Below are positions 51,884-62,240 of a DNA stretch of 64,000 bases, one piece after another; the stretch's first letter is position 1; each line of letters begins with the position of its first letter. The notes beneath the pieces were generated by a model. It was not told the origin of the DNA and made no database searches. It worked only from the letters and a program-made list of their open reading frames with translations. The position numbers were made by a program, and so were the translations under genes. Source of the stretch: Alphaproteobacteria bacterium (GTDB lineage: Bacteria; Pseudomonadota; Alphaproteobacteria; JBFXJJ01); NCBI GenBank assembly GCA_050175015.1, contig JBFXJJ010000001.1:32001-96000 (forward strand), in the 5' to 3' direction.

Positions 51884-52225
51884 ATGACAAAAAATGCTGA
51901 ACAGGAAGACTTTTATGAGGCTTTTTTAAACAAGCATGATGAAATTATGTTTGCAATTGCTTTTCGTGAAAATCAACCAGAAGATGCCAAAATTATTTAT
52001 GACGGCGGTGAACATGCTTTATTTTACCGTTCACCAGATAAAACCATTCTCTTGGACTACTTGCACCCAGAAATCAGAGACCCTTTAACAAAATGTGCGG
52101 AGGTTCTCATTTCAGAAGTTACAAGACTCAAGGTGGAACGTGAATATAATGTTCCTGTTAAAATTGTTAAGAAACTTCCGCTTGATAAAGAAAACATTAT
52201 TCCGCCATCTTTTACTGGCAGATAA
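51884..52225 (+). CDS. Hypothetical protein (113 aa), probably co-transcribed with glgX
   Basis: ORF starts 28 bp after glgX on the same strand; protein-like composition. Confidence 0.7.
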   Translation: MTKNAEQEDFYEAFLNKHDEIMFAIAFRENQPEDAKIIYDGGEHALFYRSPDKTILLDYLHPEIRDPLTKCAEVLISEVTRLKVEREYNVPVKIVKKLPLDKENIIPPSFTGR

Positions 52226-52463
52226 AAAACAAACGACTATTATTAGCGTGTTTTGTTTTTAAATATAGTCATATATAAATCCATATATAACTTTTTTACC
52301 GTTACACATAATAAAATCGATTAAACAAAAAAATATAATCAAAAATACTTTACCTTTATACTTGTTTTTTTATATGATTAATAAGTAAAAAAACAATTTT
52401 AAACTTTTAACTCTATACAGAACATGCTTTTTTTGCTTGTTACAGTTTACGGGGAAAAATAAT

Positions 52464-53114
52464 ATGGAAGTATCATCTCAAAATATTGGTTCGTATGGTT
52501 TAGCAAACTCTGCAATAAAAAAAGAAATGCCAAACTCACAAAATATGAGCAGCCAGGAATTGATTTCATCTTTGAAAAAAGAATTTCCTGAAATCGCAGG
52601 AATTAGTTTATCAAACTTCCCTGAAAATGAAGATGAGCAAAAAAGACTCGTAATGTCTGGTAGAGCTGCAGGTCTTACTATCGCTCCCAAAGCAGCAGAA
52701 CGTATGCAAGTGGATTCAGAGTTCCGTCAAAAAGTTATTGAAGGAATTAAAGCTGATCAAGAAATGTCTCAGATTAAGACATTTAATACAAGTGGGCAAG
52801 AAATTGAAGTTTTGGCTCACGGAACGGTTGTTGAAGAGGATGGAGAAGTAAACAGTTGGACGTTCTCTGTATCTAGATCATCAAGCAAAGAAGAATCCTT
52901 TATCGAAAAGTTACTTAAAAAATTAGAAGACCGCAAAAAAGAAGAAAAACTTGATGCCGAGACTTTTAATCAAATTCAAGAAAAAGCTGAAGAAATGCTC
53001 GTTTCTGGAGAAACAGAAAAAAATGTTATTACTGAAATAAAAAAAATGCTTGAAAAAAACAACCTAAAAGATGAGCTTCTATCACCAGCCAGCATTATTA
53101 ATATTAACGCATAA
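52464..53114 (+). CDS. Hypothetical protein, possibly DUF6033-like
   Basis: ATG 52464 with GGGG RBS. TIAPKAAERMQ.D.EFRQKV...HGTVVEEDGEVNSW resembles, from memory, DUF6033 proteins. Confidence 0.55.
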   Translation: MEVSSQNIGSYGLANSAIKKEMPNSQNMSSQELISSLKKEFPEIAGISLSNFPENEDEQKRLVMSGRAAGLTIAPKAAERMQVDSEFRQKVIEGIKADQEMSQIKTFNTSGQEIEVLAHGTVVEEDGEVNSWTFSVSRSSSKEESFIEKLLKKLEDRKKEEKLDAETFNQIQEKAEEMLVSGETEKNVITEIKKMLEKNNLKDELLSPASIININA

Positions 53115-53309
53115 AAGTATCTATATTCAAAAATCATAAACATAACTTTGGTGGCTACTAATTTATATAAGCTACGAGTAATAAATATGAGAAATTATAC
53201 TTATTAGTAGAGCTTGTTTGAAAAAACATCTGTTTATAATATGCAAAATTAGCATTTTAGATGCATACTCCAAAATTTAATTATAAATTTTATAACAAAA
53301 CAAGCAAAT

Positions 53310-56300
53310 TCAAACCGCAAAATATTTGGCTTTAACGTGATGCACAATAATTGCTGTCGTCGATTGCTCGGGATAAAGCTGGCTTTCATCTGACAATGAA
53401 ATTCCTATTCTTTCAGCTTTTAGCAAATCTAAAATCTTAGATTGCTGGCTTAAATCAGGACACGCAGGATAGCCAAAAGAATATCTTGAACCGTGATACC
53501 CTTGCTTGAATATTGACCTCATATCTTCAGCGTCTTCTGCTCCAAACCCAAGCTCTTCTCTGACTTTTTTATGAATATGCTCTGCCATTGTTTCTGCAAT
53601 TTCAACTGAAACCCCGTGCAAATAAAGATAGTTTTCATAATCACCGTTATTAAAGAGTTCTCGCTCTTTAATAGATGCTGTCGAACCTGCCGTAACGGCA
53701 TGGAAAGCTATAACATCTCTTTCTTTTTCATTAATATTTTTGAAAAAATCAGCAATACAAATACCACCGTCTTTCTTTTGTCTTGGAAAAGAAAATCTTG
53801 TAATTTCTTTGGCTCCAGTTTCATCAAAGATTACGATGTCTTCATTTTCTGAAGCGCATTTAAAATAACCATAAACTGCACAAGGAGTTAAAATTTTTTC
53901 AGAATCGCATTTAGCAATTATTTTATTAAGTGTGCTTTTAAGTTCTTTCTCTTCTGCTTCGCTTTTATATTTATAACCCCATTGCAACCTAAAAAGAGAC
54001 TTTTGATTAATATATGGAATTAAATTCTTAAGCGGAACACTTTCAACAACTCTTGTTCCCCAAAAAGGCGGCTCGGGAGTTTTATAATTATGAGTTATTT
54101 CACTTCGTTTTAATTTTAAATCTTCCGTTTCAGGTCTCTCACTTTTAGCCGCTTTTACTTTAGCTAAAACTTCCTGCTTCTTTTTTTCCTGTTCTTGCTT
54201 TTGTGCCTTACGTTCTGCCAATAAGTCATCAAAACTGTTATTAGCTATTTTTTCCATCATACTAAGACTGTCAAAGGCGTCTTTAGCATAAGCAACCTTG
54301 CCGCAGTCATAAGCTTCGATACATTCGTCTTCAACATAAGCTCTGGTAAGTGCTGCGCCTCCGAGAATCACAGGAATATCGAAACCCTCTTTAGTCATTT
54401 CCATTAGATTTTCTTTCATAACTAAAGTTGATTTAACTAAAAGTCCCGACATACCTACCGCATCAGCTTTTTCTTCTTTAGCCGCTTTCATAATATCGGC
54501 TATGGGTTGTTTGATTCCTAGGTTAACCACCTTATAACCATTATTAGTAAGAATAATATCAACTAAATTCTTACCAATATCGTGAACATCGCCTTTAACG
54601 GTTGCTAAAACCATTTTAGCCTTAGCTTCCTTAGAAGTTTTTTCCATAAATGGCTCTAAATAGGAAACTGATGCTTTCATTGTCTCTGCCGAACGCAAAA
54701 CAAACGGCAGCTGCATTTTGCCTGAACCAAAAAGATCGCCAACCGTTTTCATTCCCGACAGTAAAATATTGTTAATTATATCAAGCGGTTTATATTTCTT
54801 TAACGCCTCATCAAGAGCGGCTTCCAAACCTTTTCTCTCTCCGTCAACAATATGTTTTTCTAATGCTTCCTCGATTGTAAGCTGGACTTGATCTTTTTCC
54901 GATGCTTCTTCACTGCGTCCTTCAAATAATGCCATAAATCGTTCTAAAGCATTTTCATCTTTATTAAAGATTAAATCTTCGGCAGCATTTTTTTCTTGTT
55001 CTAAAATTAAATGGAGAGGTTTAATTTTGGAAACGTGCAAAATGGCAGAGGTCATACCCGCAGCCATAGCGTGATGCAAAAATACCGAGTTCAGAACGTG
55101 CCTAGCCGCAGGTTTAAGACCAAAGGAAACGTTAGAAAGACCAAGCACAATTTGGCATCGAGGAAGCTCATTATGAATAAGCTTAATAGCTTCTAATGTT
55201 TCAATAGCAAGCCCTCGGTCGTCAACATTTCCTGTACAGATTGTAAAAGTTAGAGGGTCAATAAACAAATCTTCAGGAGGAAGATGGTGCTTGATACAAG
55301 CAAATTCATAAAGCCTTTTAGCGATAGCCAGCTTGTCTTCCTTGCATCTTGCCATACCTTTTTCGTCGATAGTAAGGGCAACAACCCCTGCGCCATATTT
55401 TTTAGCAAGTTTAACTCGTTCTTCTGCTATACCTTCGCCATCTTCAAAGTTAATTGAGTTGACAATTCCTTTACCGCCATAAAGCTTAAGAGCGGTTTCA
55501 ATCGTGCTGGTATCTGTAGAGTCGATTACCAGCGGAATATTAACCGCCCCACGCAAAGCTTTGACTGCTTCCGTAATATCTCTTTTTTCGTTACGTCCCA
55601 CATATGCGACACAAATATCAAGAGCGTGAGATCCCTCTTTTTCTTGCTCTCTAGCTAATGATACGATTGACTCCCAGTCTTCGGCGTTAATTGTATCACG
55701 AAACTTTTTAGAACCATTGGCATTACATCTTTCACCGATAGCAAAAAAAGCATTTTCTTGTATCTGAGAGATACTGGAATAAAGTGAAGCCAACGCCTTT
55801 ATTGGATATATCTTACGCTTCACTGGAGCAGGTCTTTTACCATTGCCTATGCGGCGAAGCATATTGTCAACGGAGAGAATATGCTCAGGCATCGTACCAC
55901 AACACCCACCTACAATATTAACGCCATATTCCGAAATAAATTTTTCGTGCCACCTCGCAAGCTCTGCTGGAGTAAGAGGATAAAGAGTTTTGCCATCAAT
56001 GCGTTCAGGAAGTCCCGCATTAGGTTGAACCGAAATCAGAGCTGACCAATTTTCGGAAAGCCATTTGATGTGGGGAGACATTTCCAAAGGTCCTGTTGCA
56101 CAGTTAAGCCCAAAGCTGTTAACGTCTAATGACGACGCAACCGTAGCTGCAGCAGCAATATCAGCTCCTGTCAACATCGTTCCTGTGGTTTCCATAGTAA
56201 CTTGCAGCAAAATCGGAATATTCCTTTTCGCTCCCGCTATTTTTGCCGCATTAATTGCCGCCTTAAATTGCAGCATATCTTGGCAGGTTTCAATCAAATA

Positions 56301-56759
56301 AGCATCGGCTCCGCCTGCTTCCAAACCTTCACATTGCGTAATATATGATTTTTCTAGTGCATCATAAGCTATGTGGTCGAGTGATGGCAGTTTAGTTCCA
56401 GGACCTATCGAACCTAATACAAACCGTTTGCGACCATCAGAAAAAGAAGATGCCGCTTCTTTTGCAATCTCTACTGCAGTTTTATTAATTTCGAAACATC
56501 TGTCAGCCAGCCCAAACTCACCCAGCGTAATTTCAGAAGCCCCAAAAGTATTGGTTTCAACCATATCTGCCCCAGATTCATAATATCTCGTATGAATATC
56601 TCGAATGATATCTGGTCTTGATAGAACTAAGACCTCTGAGCAATTTTCCTTATTCCAAAAATCTTTTTCTAAATGCAGCGGCATCATCTGGATTAAAACA
56701 CCCATTGAGCCATCACATAATAATACTTGGTCTTGAAGACAGTTTAAAAAATCACTCAT
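53310..56759 (-). CDS. metH: B12-dependent methionine synthase
   Basis: LCDGSMG, LNCATGP, GGCCGT, IGERCNANGSK, GDVHDIGKN, SRYSFGYPACP. Confidence 0.98.
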   Translation of the reverse strand: MSDFLNCLQDQVLLCDGSMGVLIQMMPLHLEKDFWNKENCSEVLVLSRPDIIRDIHTRYYESGADMVETNTFGASEITLGEFGLADRCFEINKTAVEIAKEAASSFSDGRKRFVLGSIGPGTKLPSLDHIAYDALEKSYITQCEGLEAGGADAYLIETCQDMLQFKAAINAAKIAGAKRNIPILLQVTMETTGTMLTGADIAAAATVASSLDVNSFGLNCATGPLEMSPHIKWLSENWSALISVQPNAGLPERIDGKTLYPLTPAELARWHEKFISEYGVNIVGGCCGTMPEHILSVDNMLRRIGNGKRPAPVKRKIYPIKALASLYSSISQIQENAFFAIGERCNANGSKKFRDTINAEDWESIVSLAREQEKEGSHALDICVAYVGRNEKRDITEAVKALRGAVNIPLVIDSTDTSTIETALKLYGGKGIVNSINFEDGEGIAEERVKLAKKYGAGVVALTIDEKGMARCKEDKLAIAKRLYEFACIKHHLPPEDLFIDPLTFTICTGNVDDRGLAIETLEAIKLIHNELPRCQIVLGLSNVSFGLKPAARHVLNSVFLHHAMAAGMTSAILHVSKIKPLHLILEQEKNAAEDLIFNKDENALERFMALFEGRSEEASEKDQVQLTIEEALEKHIVDGERKGLEAALDEALKKYKPLDIINNILLSGMKTVGDLFGSGKMQLPFVLRSAETMKASVSYLEPFMEKTSKEAKAKMVLATVKGDVHDIGKNLVDIILTNNGYKVVNLGIKQPIADIMKAAKEEKADAVGMSGLLVKSTLVMKENLMEMTKEGFDIPVILGGAALTRAYVEDECIEAYDCGKVAYAKDAFDSLSMMEKIANNSFDDLLAERKAQKQEQEKKKQEVLAKVKAAKSERPETEDLKLKRSEITHNYKTPEPPFWGTRVVESVPLKNLIPYINQKSLFRLQWGYKYKSEAEEKELKSTLNKIIAKCDSEKILTPCAVYGYFKCASENEDIVIFDETGAKEITRFSFPRQKKDGGICIADFFKNINEKERDVIAFHAVTAGSTASIKERELFNNGDYENYLYLHGVSVEIAETMAEHIHKKVREELGFGAEDAEDMRSIFKQGYHGSRYSFGYPACPDLSQQSKILDLLKAERIGISLSDESQLYPEQSTTAIIVHHVKAKYFAV

Positions 56760-56772
56760 AGTTTAATCTTTC

Positions 56773-57627
56773 TTATTTCTTTGCTCTTACGCCTAAAACA
56801 TGGCATATCGCATAAGTTAAATCAGCACGGTTAAGGGTATAAAAATGAAAATTGCGGACACCTTCAGCTTCCAATGTACGACATTGCTCAACCGCAAATG
56901 CAGCAGCAATCAATCTTCTGGTTTCGGGATCATCATCAAGTCCATCAAACAGTTCGTACATTTCTTTAGGCATCTTTACTAGGCTCTTTTTGGCAAACTC
57001 TTCGGTTCTTTTAAAATTAGTTACCGGAAGAATTCCAGGAATAATATCCGCTTTGATTCCTTTTTTTACTGCGCGGTCTCTAAACCTCAAAAACTCAGGA
57101 ATATCAAAGAAAAACTGGCTAATCGCCCGAGTTGCCCCAGCATCAATTTTGCGTTTTAAATTGTCTAAATCAAAATCTGCGCTTGGTGCTTCAGGGTGCT
57201 TTTCTGGATAGCAAGCTACGCTTATTTCAAAATCAGCTGTTTCTTTCAAAAATTTAACTAAATCAACCGCATATTTAAATCCTTGAGCGTCTAATTCCTC
57301 TCCTTCGGGAATATCTCCTCTTAGGGCAACAATATGTTTAACACCTTGGTTGTAATAATTTAGAGCTATTTCTTTGATTTCATCTTTATTTGCACTGATA
57401 CACGTTAAGTGTGCCGCAGGATTAATATTGGTTTCTTTTTTTATACGAACCACCGTTTCGTGAGTTCTTTCTCTAGTAGACCCGCCAGCTCCATAGGTAA
57501 CAGAAACAAATTTGGGAGAGAGCGGCTCCAGCCGTTTAATGGATTCCCACAAGGTTTCATTCATTTTATCTGTTTTTGGGGGGAAAAATTCAAAAGAAAC
57601 TTCTATGTTTTCAGAAGGTTTTGCCAT
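56773..57627 (-). CDS. metF: 5,10-methylenetetrahydrofolate reductase
   Basis: SFEFFPPK, VTYGAGG, AHLTC, ALRGD, YPEKH, HFYTLN; start re-called to MAKPSEN. Confidence 0.97.
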   Translation of the reverse strand: MAKPSENIEVSFEFFPPKTDKMNETLWESIKRLEPLSPKFVSVTYGAGGSTRERTHETVVRIKKETNINPAAHLTCISANKDEIKEIALNYYNQGVKHIVALRGDIPEGEELDAQGFKYAVDLVKFLKETADFEISVACYPEKHPEAPSADFDLDNLKRKIDAGATRAISQFFFDIPEFLRFRDRAVKKGIKADIIPGILPVTNFKRTEEFAKKSLVKMPKEMYELFDGLDDDPETRRLIAAAFAVEQCRTLEAEGVRNFHFYTLNRADLTYAICHVLGVRAKK

Positions 57628-57792
57628 TATCGGAAGCAAGGACAAACATTTTCTAACCTTAAAAATATTTTTTAAACAAAACATCGATAACCAAAACTCC
57701 TGATATAATTAAAACATATCTTTTTTAATCATAAAAAATACTTTTAATAAAGTTTATTTATATAAAATCAAAATAAAATCTAGCTTTTAGTT

Positions 57793-59067
57793 CTAACACT
57801 CAAAAATGCCCACAACTTCCAAATGGCTGGAAAACGTAAATTGATCTAAGCAGTTTATGTTTTTAACTTCATATCCGCCATCAATGAGTTTCTTAGCATC
57901 ACGAGCAAATGTTGAGGGATTACAAGAAATCATCACAATCTTTTTAGGCTTGCACCACATATCCGCCAAAACAGCGACTTGAGCTGCCGCTCCAGCTCGA
58001 GGAGGATCGATAACTACTAAATCAACATCGGAAAATTCTTCTTCTGATAAAGGATCTTTGAAAATATCTCTCACAAAACCCTTAATATCTGACTGACTAT
58101 CTTTGAATGCTGAACGATTTAAAGATGCTACCATTTTATTATCAAGCTCAAATGCCTTAATTTTTTCTACCCCTGATTTAGCCAAAGCCATAGTAAAAAC
58201 CCCTAAGCCCGAAAAAACATCAAGCGCATACTTAGAACCGACAGCTTCGGTTATTATTTTAGAAACTAAAAAAGCTTCTCCTTCTTGAGACGGCTGCAAA
58301 AAACAATCCTGCGGTATTTCTACTTCATAACCTGAAAAATTAATCATTGGTGTCCGCCTGACTGCAACGGGCATATAATCAGGCTCCTTTAAAGACGTAT
58401 ATCCGATTGCCGCAAGGTCATATTCTTGAGCAAACGCCGAAATATTCTCCAAAGCTTCTAAATCAGGAGGATTTTTAAGTTTAAATAAAATATCAAGCCC
58501 ATTAGAACCCAAAGTTACTTTAATATCGCCTTTTTGTTTAACCTCAAAACGAGAGCAGAGTTTTTTTAACGGCTCCAAAATTTGATTAATCTCAGGTCTT
58601 AGCAGCAGACATTTTGTAATTCCCACAATGTTATGGCTTTGCTTTTGGTTAAATCCAAACATAACATTAGAATTTCCAAGATTATAAAAAACAAGCTCGG
58701 CTCTCCTACGGGATTCTGTCTTAGTGGCAAAAATATCTATGTCTTTATGATATTCAATTCCCTGCATTTTCAGAGTTTTTTCAAAAATATCTTTCTTAAA
58801 ATTAGAATAGGCATCTTCGGTTAAATGCTGCAAAGTACAGCCGCCGCATTTCCCAAAATAAGGACAAGGAGGATTTCTTCTTTCGGGAGATTTTTCCGAA
58901 ATACTTAAAACTCTAGCTCTATCACCACTTATTTCGGCTAGAACTTTTTCTCCGCTTAAAGCCAAGGGAACAAAGATTTTTTTGCCCTTAGAATAAGCAA
59001 GTCCATCACCGCTAGCGCCTAAAGAAGTTATTTCAAGTTCTGCTTGATATGTTTTGTTTTTGACCAT
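57793..59067 (-). CDS. 23S rRNA m5U methyltransferase (RlmD/TrmA family)
   Basis: CPYFGKCGGC.LQH, FLQPS, DVFSGLG.F, IDPPRAG, ISCNP.TFARD, DQF..S.HLE. Confidence 0.92.
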   Translation of the reverse strand: MVKNKTYQAELEITSLGASGDGLAYSKGKKIFVPLALSGEKVLAEISGDRARVLSISEKSPERRNPPCPYFGKCGGCTLQHLTEDAYSNFKKDIFEKTLKMQGIEYHKDIDIFATKTESRRRAELVFYNLGNSNVMFGFNQKQSHNIVGITKCLLLRPEINQILEPLKKLCSRFEVKQKGDIKVTLGSNGLDILFKLKNPPDLEALENISAFAQEYDLAAIGYTSLKEPDYMPVAVRRTPMINFSGYEVEIPQDCFLQPSQEGEAFLVSKIITEAVGSKYALDVFSGLGVFTMALAKSGVEKIKAFELDNKMVASLNRSAFKDSQSDIKGFVRDIFKDPLSEEEFSDVDLVVIDPPRAGAAAQVAVLADMWCKPKKIVMISCNPSTFARDAKKLIDGGYEVKNINCLDQFTFSSHLEVVGIFEC

Positions 59068-59110
59068 AAATACCTGTGTTTATTTTTAGTTGTTTATGTA
59101 ATTATATTTT

Positions 59111-60391
59111 TTAAAGTCTCATTAAATCAGCTTCAACTAATTTATGCATTATGGGTATAATATCGGAAACGGGCTTTTTTATGATGTTGCTTATATCTAT
59201 TAAATCGTTAGAACCATCGGCATATGCAATAAAATCCATCATAGTTTCAACCGAACAGCTGGTTGCTTTTGTGCTAAAGTTAGGATAAAGACCTCTTTTG
59301 CCCAGCTGTGGTTCACAAAGGCAGTTAATTTGCGGCTTAGCATTATTTTCAATAATATTAATGCAGTCCTCAACCATATCATACCCCCCCTTAAGACCTT
59401 TTGCTGTTACCAGATTAAAGTCATCAAGTGAAGTATGGTATTCGGGGTATTCACTATATTTAGATCGGCTCAGTGCTACCAGCGGCAAATCAACTCCAGC
59501 ACTGCAATACTGCCTCTCATCGCTGCCTCTTTCCAAGAAAGAATATTTGAAAAAATTTTCATCTTTGAATTTTAAAACATTTTCTGCAACCTTATCGGCA
59601 TAAGTATTGCCATATCTTGAGGCAACATATGAATAGGCTCGTTCATCGCCAATACAGGAAAGATTAAAACCTGCAATTATATTTTTTTTCATTGCTTCCA
59701 AGTTTTTACTTAAATAAACAATAGAGCCTATCGTTTCTGGAATGAAAATAATTCTATAAGTGTATTTTCGTGGGCTTGACAACAGCCATTTTGCGATAAA
59801 GGTCGATACACAAGGACCTGACAACTCGTTATTAGCCATCGAAGGGTGGCAGACATACGTTGATAAAAAAACTTCCTTGTCGCTATCACCTTTGATAATA
59901 AGCTCACCAAAAGTTAGGTTTCCTTCTTTCAGTTCGCTGTCGATAACAATATGATATTGCCCCTCTTTTAAGGTCTGCCTTTGAGTGTGTGTTAAACAGA
60001 AACCCCAGTTTTCTTTATAATATGATGTAATATATGGTATCGCATCGGGCTGATCTGGAAGACTAAATAGATGTTTTTGTAATTCTGCAAGCGGCATAAC
60101 CTGATTAACAGGAACGGAATAACCAACAACGTGCAGATTATTATTGCTAAAATCTACAATTATGTTTTCATTCTCATCTGCAATGAATGCCTGTTTTATA
60201 TTCCATTCCTTAGGAACAACCCAGTCAAAAGCTTTAGTCCCTGTTGGAACTTCTATAATACTAAGAGGAATATGCTGCTGCAAAGCCGCCAAAGTTTCTC
60301 TCACGCCATTGCCTGTAATACTACGGCAAATGGGATATAATTCCTTAGCAAGTGAATAAATCTGCTGGCTTAGCTCTTCATCATTTAACAT
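59111..60391 (-). CDS. DUF4910 (aminopeptidase-like, polysaccharide-locus associated) protein
   Basis: PICRSITGNG.R.TL, FDW.VP.EW, NNLHVVGYS, IPYITSYY, CHPSMANNELSGP, RGSDERQY, CEPQLGKRGLY. Confidence 0.9.
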   Translation of the reverse strand: MLNDEELSQQIYSLAKELYPICRSITGNGVRETLAALQQHIPLSIIEVPTGTKAFDWVVPKEWNIKQAFIADENENIIVDFSNNNLHVVGYSVPVNQVMPLAELQKHLFSLPDQPDAIPYITSYYKENWGFCLTHTQRQTLKEGQYHIVIDSELKEGNLTFGELIIKGDSDKEVFLSTYVCHPSMANNELSGPCVSTFIAKWLLSSPRKYTYRIIFIPETIGSIVYLSKNLEAMKKNIIAGFNLSCIGDERAYSYVASRYGNTYADKVAENVLKFKDENFFKYSFLERGSDERQYCSAGVDLPLVALSRSKYSEYPEYHTSLDDFNLVTAKGLKGGYDMVEDCINIIENNAKPQINCLCEPQLGKRGLYPNFSTKATSCSVETMMDFIAYADGSNDLIDISNIIKKPVSDIIPIMHKLVEADLMRL

Positions 60392-60394
60392 TGC

Positions 60395-61291
60395 TTACTT
60401 TTTTACAGCTTCAATAACAAAGGCTGAACACAAGAATAAACCACGCCAATTTGATGGCTCGTGCTCCAATTTAATGGCTTCTCTGCGGAACAATTCTGGG
60501 TCTTTTTCGCTCAAATATGGCATAGCAGGGTGATAGTGATACCACAGCAATTTAATATCTTTAAAATTATGCTTTTTGAATAATTCAATGACTTCAAACG
60601 GGTTATGGAACTTAGATAAAATTGCATCATAGCCAGGTTTGTCTGTCCCTTGAACCTTGTCTCTTATCTTAGGCATATCGGTTCTTAATCTTGATTTTAA
60701 GTCTTCTTCAACATACTGTTTCATCTCATCGCTAACATCGCCAAGCAAATCATTCATAATAAAGTCAACGGTGTGCCTATTTTGAGAAAACAAAGAAAAC
60801 AGCTTGTTTCTAAATTCGATAAAAACACTGCCGCCTTTTTTAACCATTGATGCCATATTTTCTAAAACCAAGTCATCATTCTGAACATGGGGCAAAACGC
60901 CCATTGCAATTAGACCATCAAAAAGACCGTCTTTAAGGCAATGAACATAACTTGTAGAATCTTGAATATCGGCAAGGAAAATATGGTCTGGATCTTGACC
61001 GCTTTTAATCATATTTTCTTGAGATTTTTTCACCATTTCTTTTGAAACATCAAAACCCCAAATATCAATTCCTGCCTTGCCTAAAGTAACCAATGGGGTA
61101 CCTTCGCCAACGCCTATTTCTACAACTTTTTTGATATTTTTAGTAACAAAGGAGTTAAGCAGCATTTGCAAACGAAAATAATTTGCTGGATATACTTTTG
61201 TTACATCATACAACATATCTCTGTCATATTGTTCGTGATAAGATGCGGCAACAGTATCATAATGATTTACTACAGTGTTTTTTTCTGACAA
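60395..61291 (-). CDS. Class I SAM-dependent methyltransferase
   Basis: VEIGVGEG motif I, FDVSKEM, FDG..AMGVLPH; TTG start with GGAG RBS. Confidence 0.85.
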   Translation of the reverse strand: MSEKNTVVNHYDTVAASYHEQYDRDMLYDVTKVYPANYFRLQMLLNSFVTKNIKKVVEIGVGEGTPLVTLGKAGIDIWGFDVSKEMVKKSQENMIKSGQDPDHIFLADIQDSTSYVHCLKDGLFDGLIAMGVLPHVQNDDLVLENMASMVKKGGSVFIEFRNKLFSLFSQNRHTVDFIMNDLLGDVSDEMKQYVEEDLKSRLRTDMPKIRDKVQGTDKPGYDAILSKFHNPFEVIELFKKHNFKDIKLLWYHYHPAMPYLSEKDPELFRREAIKLEHEPSNWRGLFLCSAFVIEAVKK

Positions 61292-61535
61292 TTTCGTATC
61301 TCCAACTATTTAATAGATAAAGCAAATTATTCAACTTAATGAGGTATGATACCTTTAAAAAAGGACACCTTCAATAAAAACTTTAATACCTTATAAATAG
61401 CTAAAATATTATTAATTAAATGTTTTATTTTAAATAAGAGCTTTCGCCAAAGAATTTTTTTGATGCAAAAATAAACATTTTTAACTATGCTCTTTAGCAT
61501 CAAATGATATGAATTATTTAAGGCTTTATCCATTT

Positions 61536-62240
61536 ATGTTAGAAACTTTGAAAAAAATTTATTTTTTACTTTTGGGAAAAATCTGCGGAACGCACCCTAG
61601 AGTTTATCCTTGGCACTTTCAATGGCTGGCAACAAGAGATTTACATAAGATTCTGAAAAAAGAACTCCCCAAACTTTCAGGAGATGTTTTAGACATTGGT
61701 TGTGGAGATAAACCTTACAAAATTTGGCTCAAAAACGCTCAAAAACATATCGGCATTGATATTTATGACGGCGCTTTTGTTGACTATGTTATTCAGCCCG
61801 ATGAAAAATGGGAACTGCAAGATAACAGCTTTGATGCCGTTATCAGTACTCAGGTTTTAGAGCATACTGAAAATATTTCTCATCTTTTAGATGAAGCGTT
61901 TAGGGTATTAAAGCCCAAAGGAGTTTTGATTATATCGGCACCCTTTCTCTACCACGAACACGGAACCCCTTATGATTTTTGGCGTTTTACCAAATTTGGT
62001 TTAGAAAAACTTATCAAAGAGCGGGGCAAAATTATCAGTGTTAGAGAATTCGGCAGGATTGGTTCAACTCTATCCACCTTATTTCTTTGCTGGATAATGT
62101 CATTCCACACCGTTAAAATTTTCTTTCCCTTCTTAATTCCATTGTTTTTGGTTGTAAATTTAATTGGATTAATCTGGGATAAAATCGATTTCTCACACTC
62201 TTATTATTCGGGAGTGGTTATTGTTGCAGAAAAAGATTAG
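61536..62240 (+). CDS. Class I SAM-dependent methyltransferase (Methyltransf_11-like)
   Basis: VLDIGCGDKPY, FDAVISTQVLEH, RVLKPKG, HGTPYDFWRFT. Start 61509 or 61536. Confidence 0.88.
   Translation: MLETLKKIYFLLLGKICGTHPRVYPWHFQWLATRDLHKILKKELPKLSGDVLDIGCGDKPYKIWLKNAQKHIGIDIYDGAFVDYVIQPDEKWELQDNSFDAVISTQVLEHTENISHLLDEAFRVLKPKGVLIISAPFLYHEHGTPYDFWRFTKFGLEKLIKERGKIISVREFGRIGSTLSTLFLCWIMSFHTVKIFFPFLIPLFLVVNLIGLIWDKIDFSHSYYSGVVIVAEKD

Noticed and set aside
57628-57792. SAM or cobalamin riboswitch upstream of metF-metH
   Set aside because: The region is short and extremely AT-rich with no recognisable aptamer consensus.
61336-61533. 65-aa ORF between divergent methyltransferases
   Set aside because: AT-rich, overlaps the divergent promoter and start region, no motif; likely spurious.
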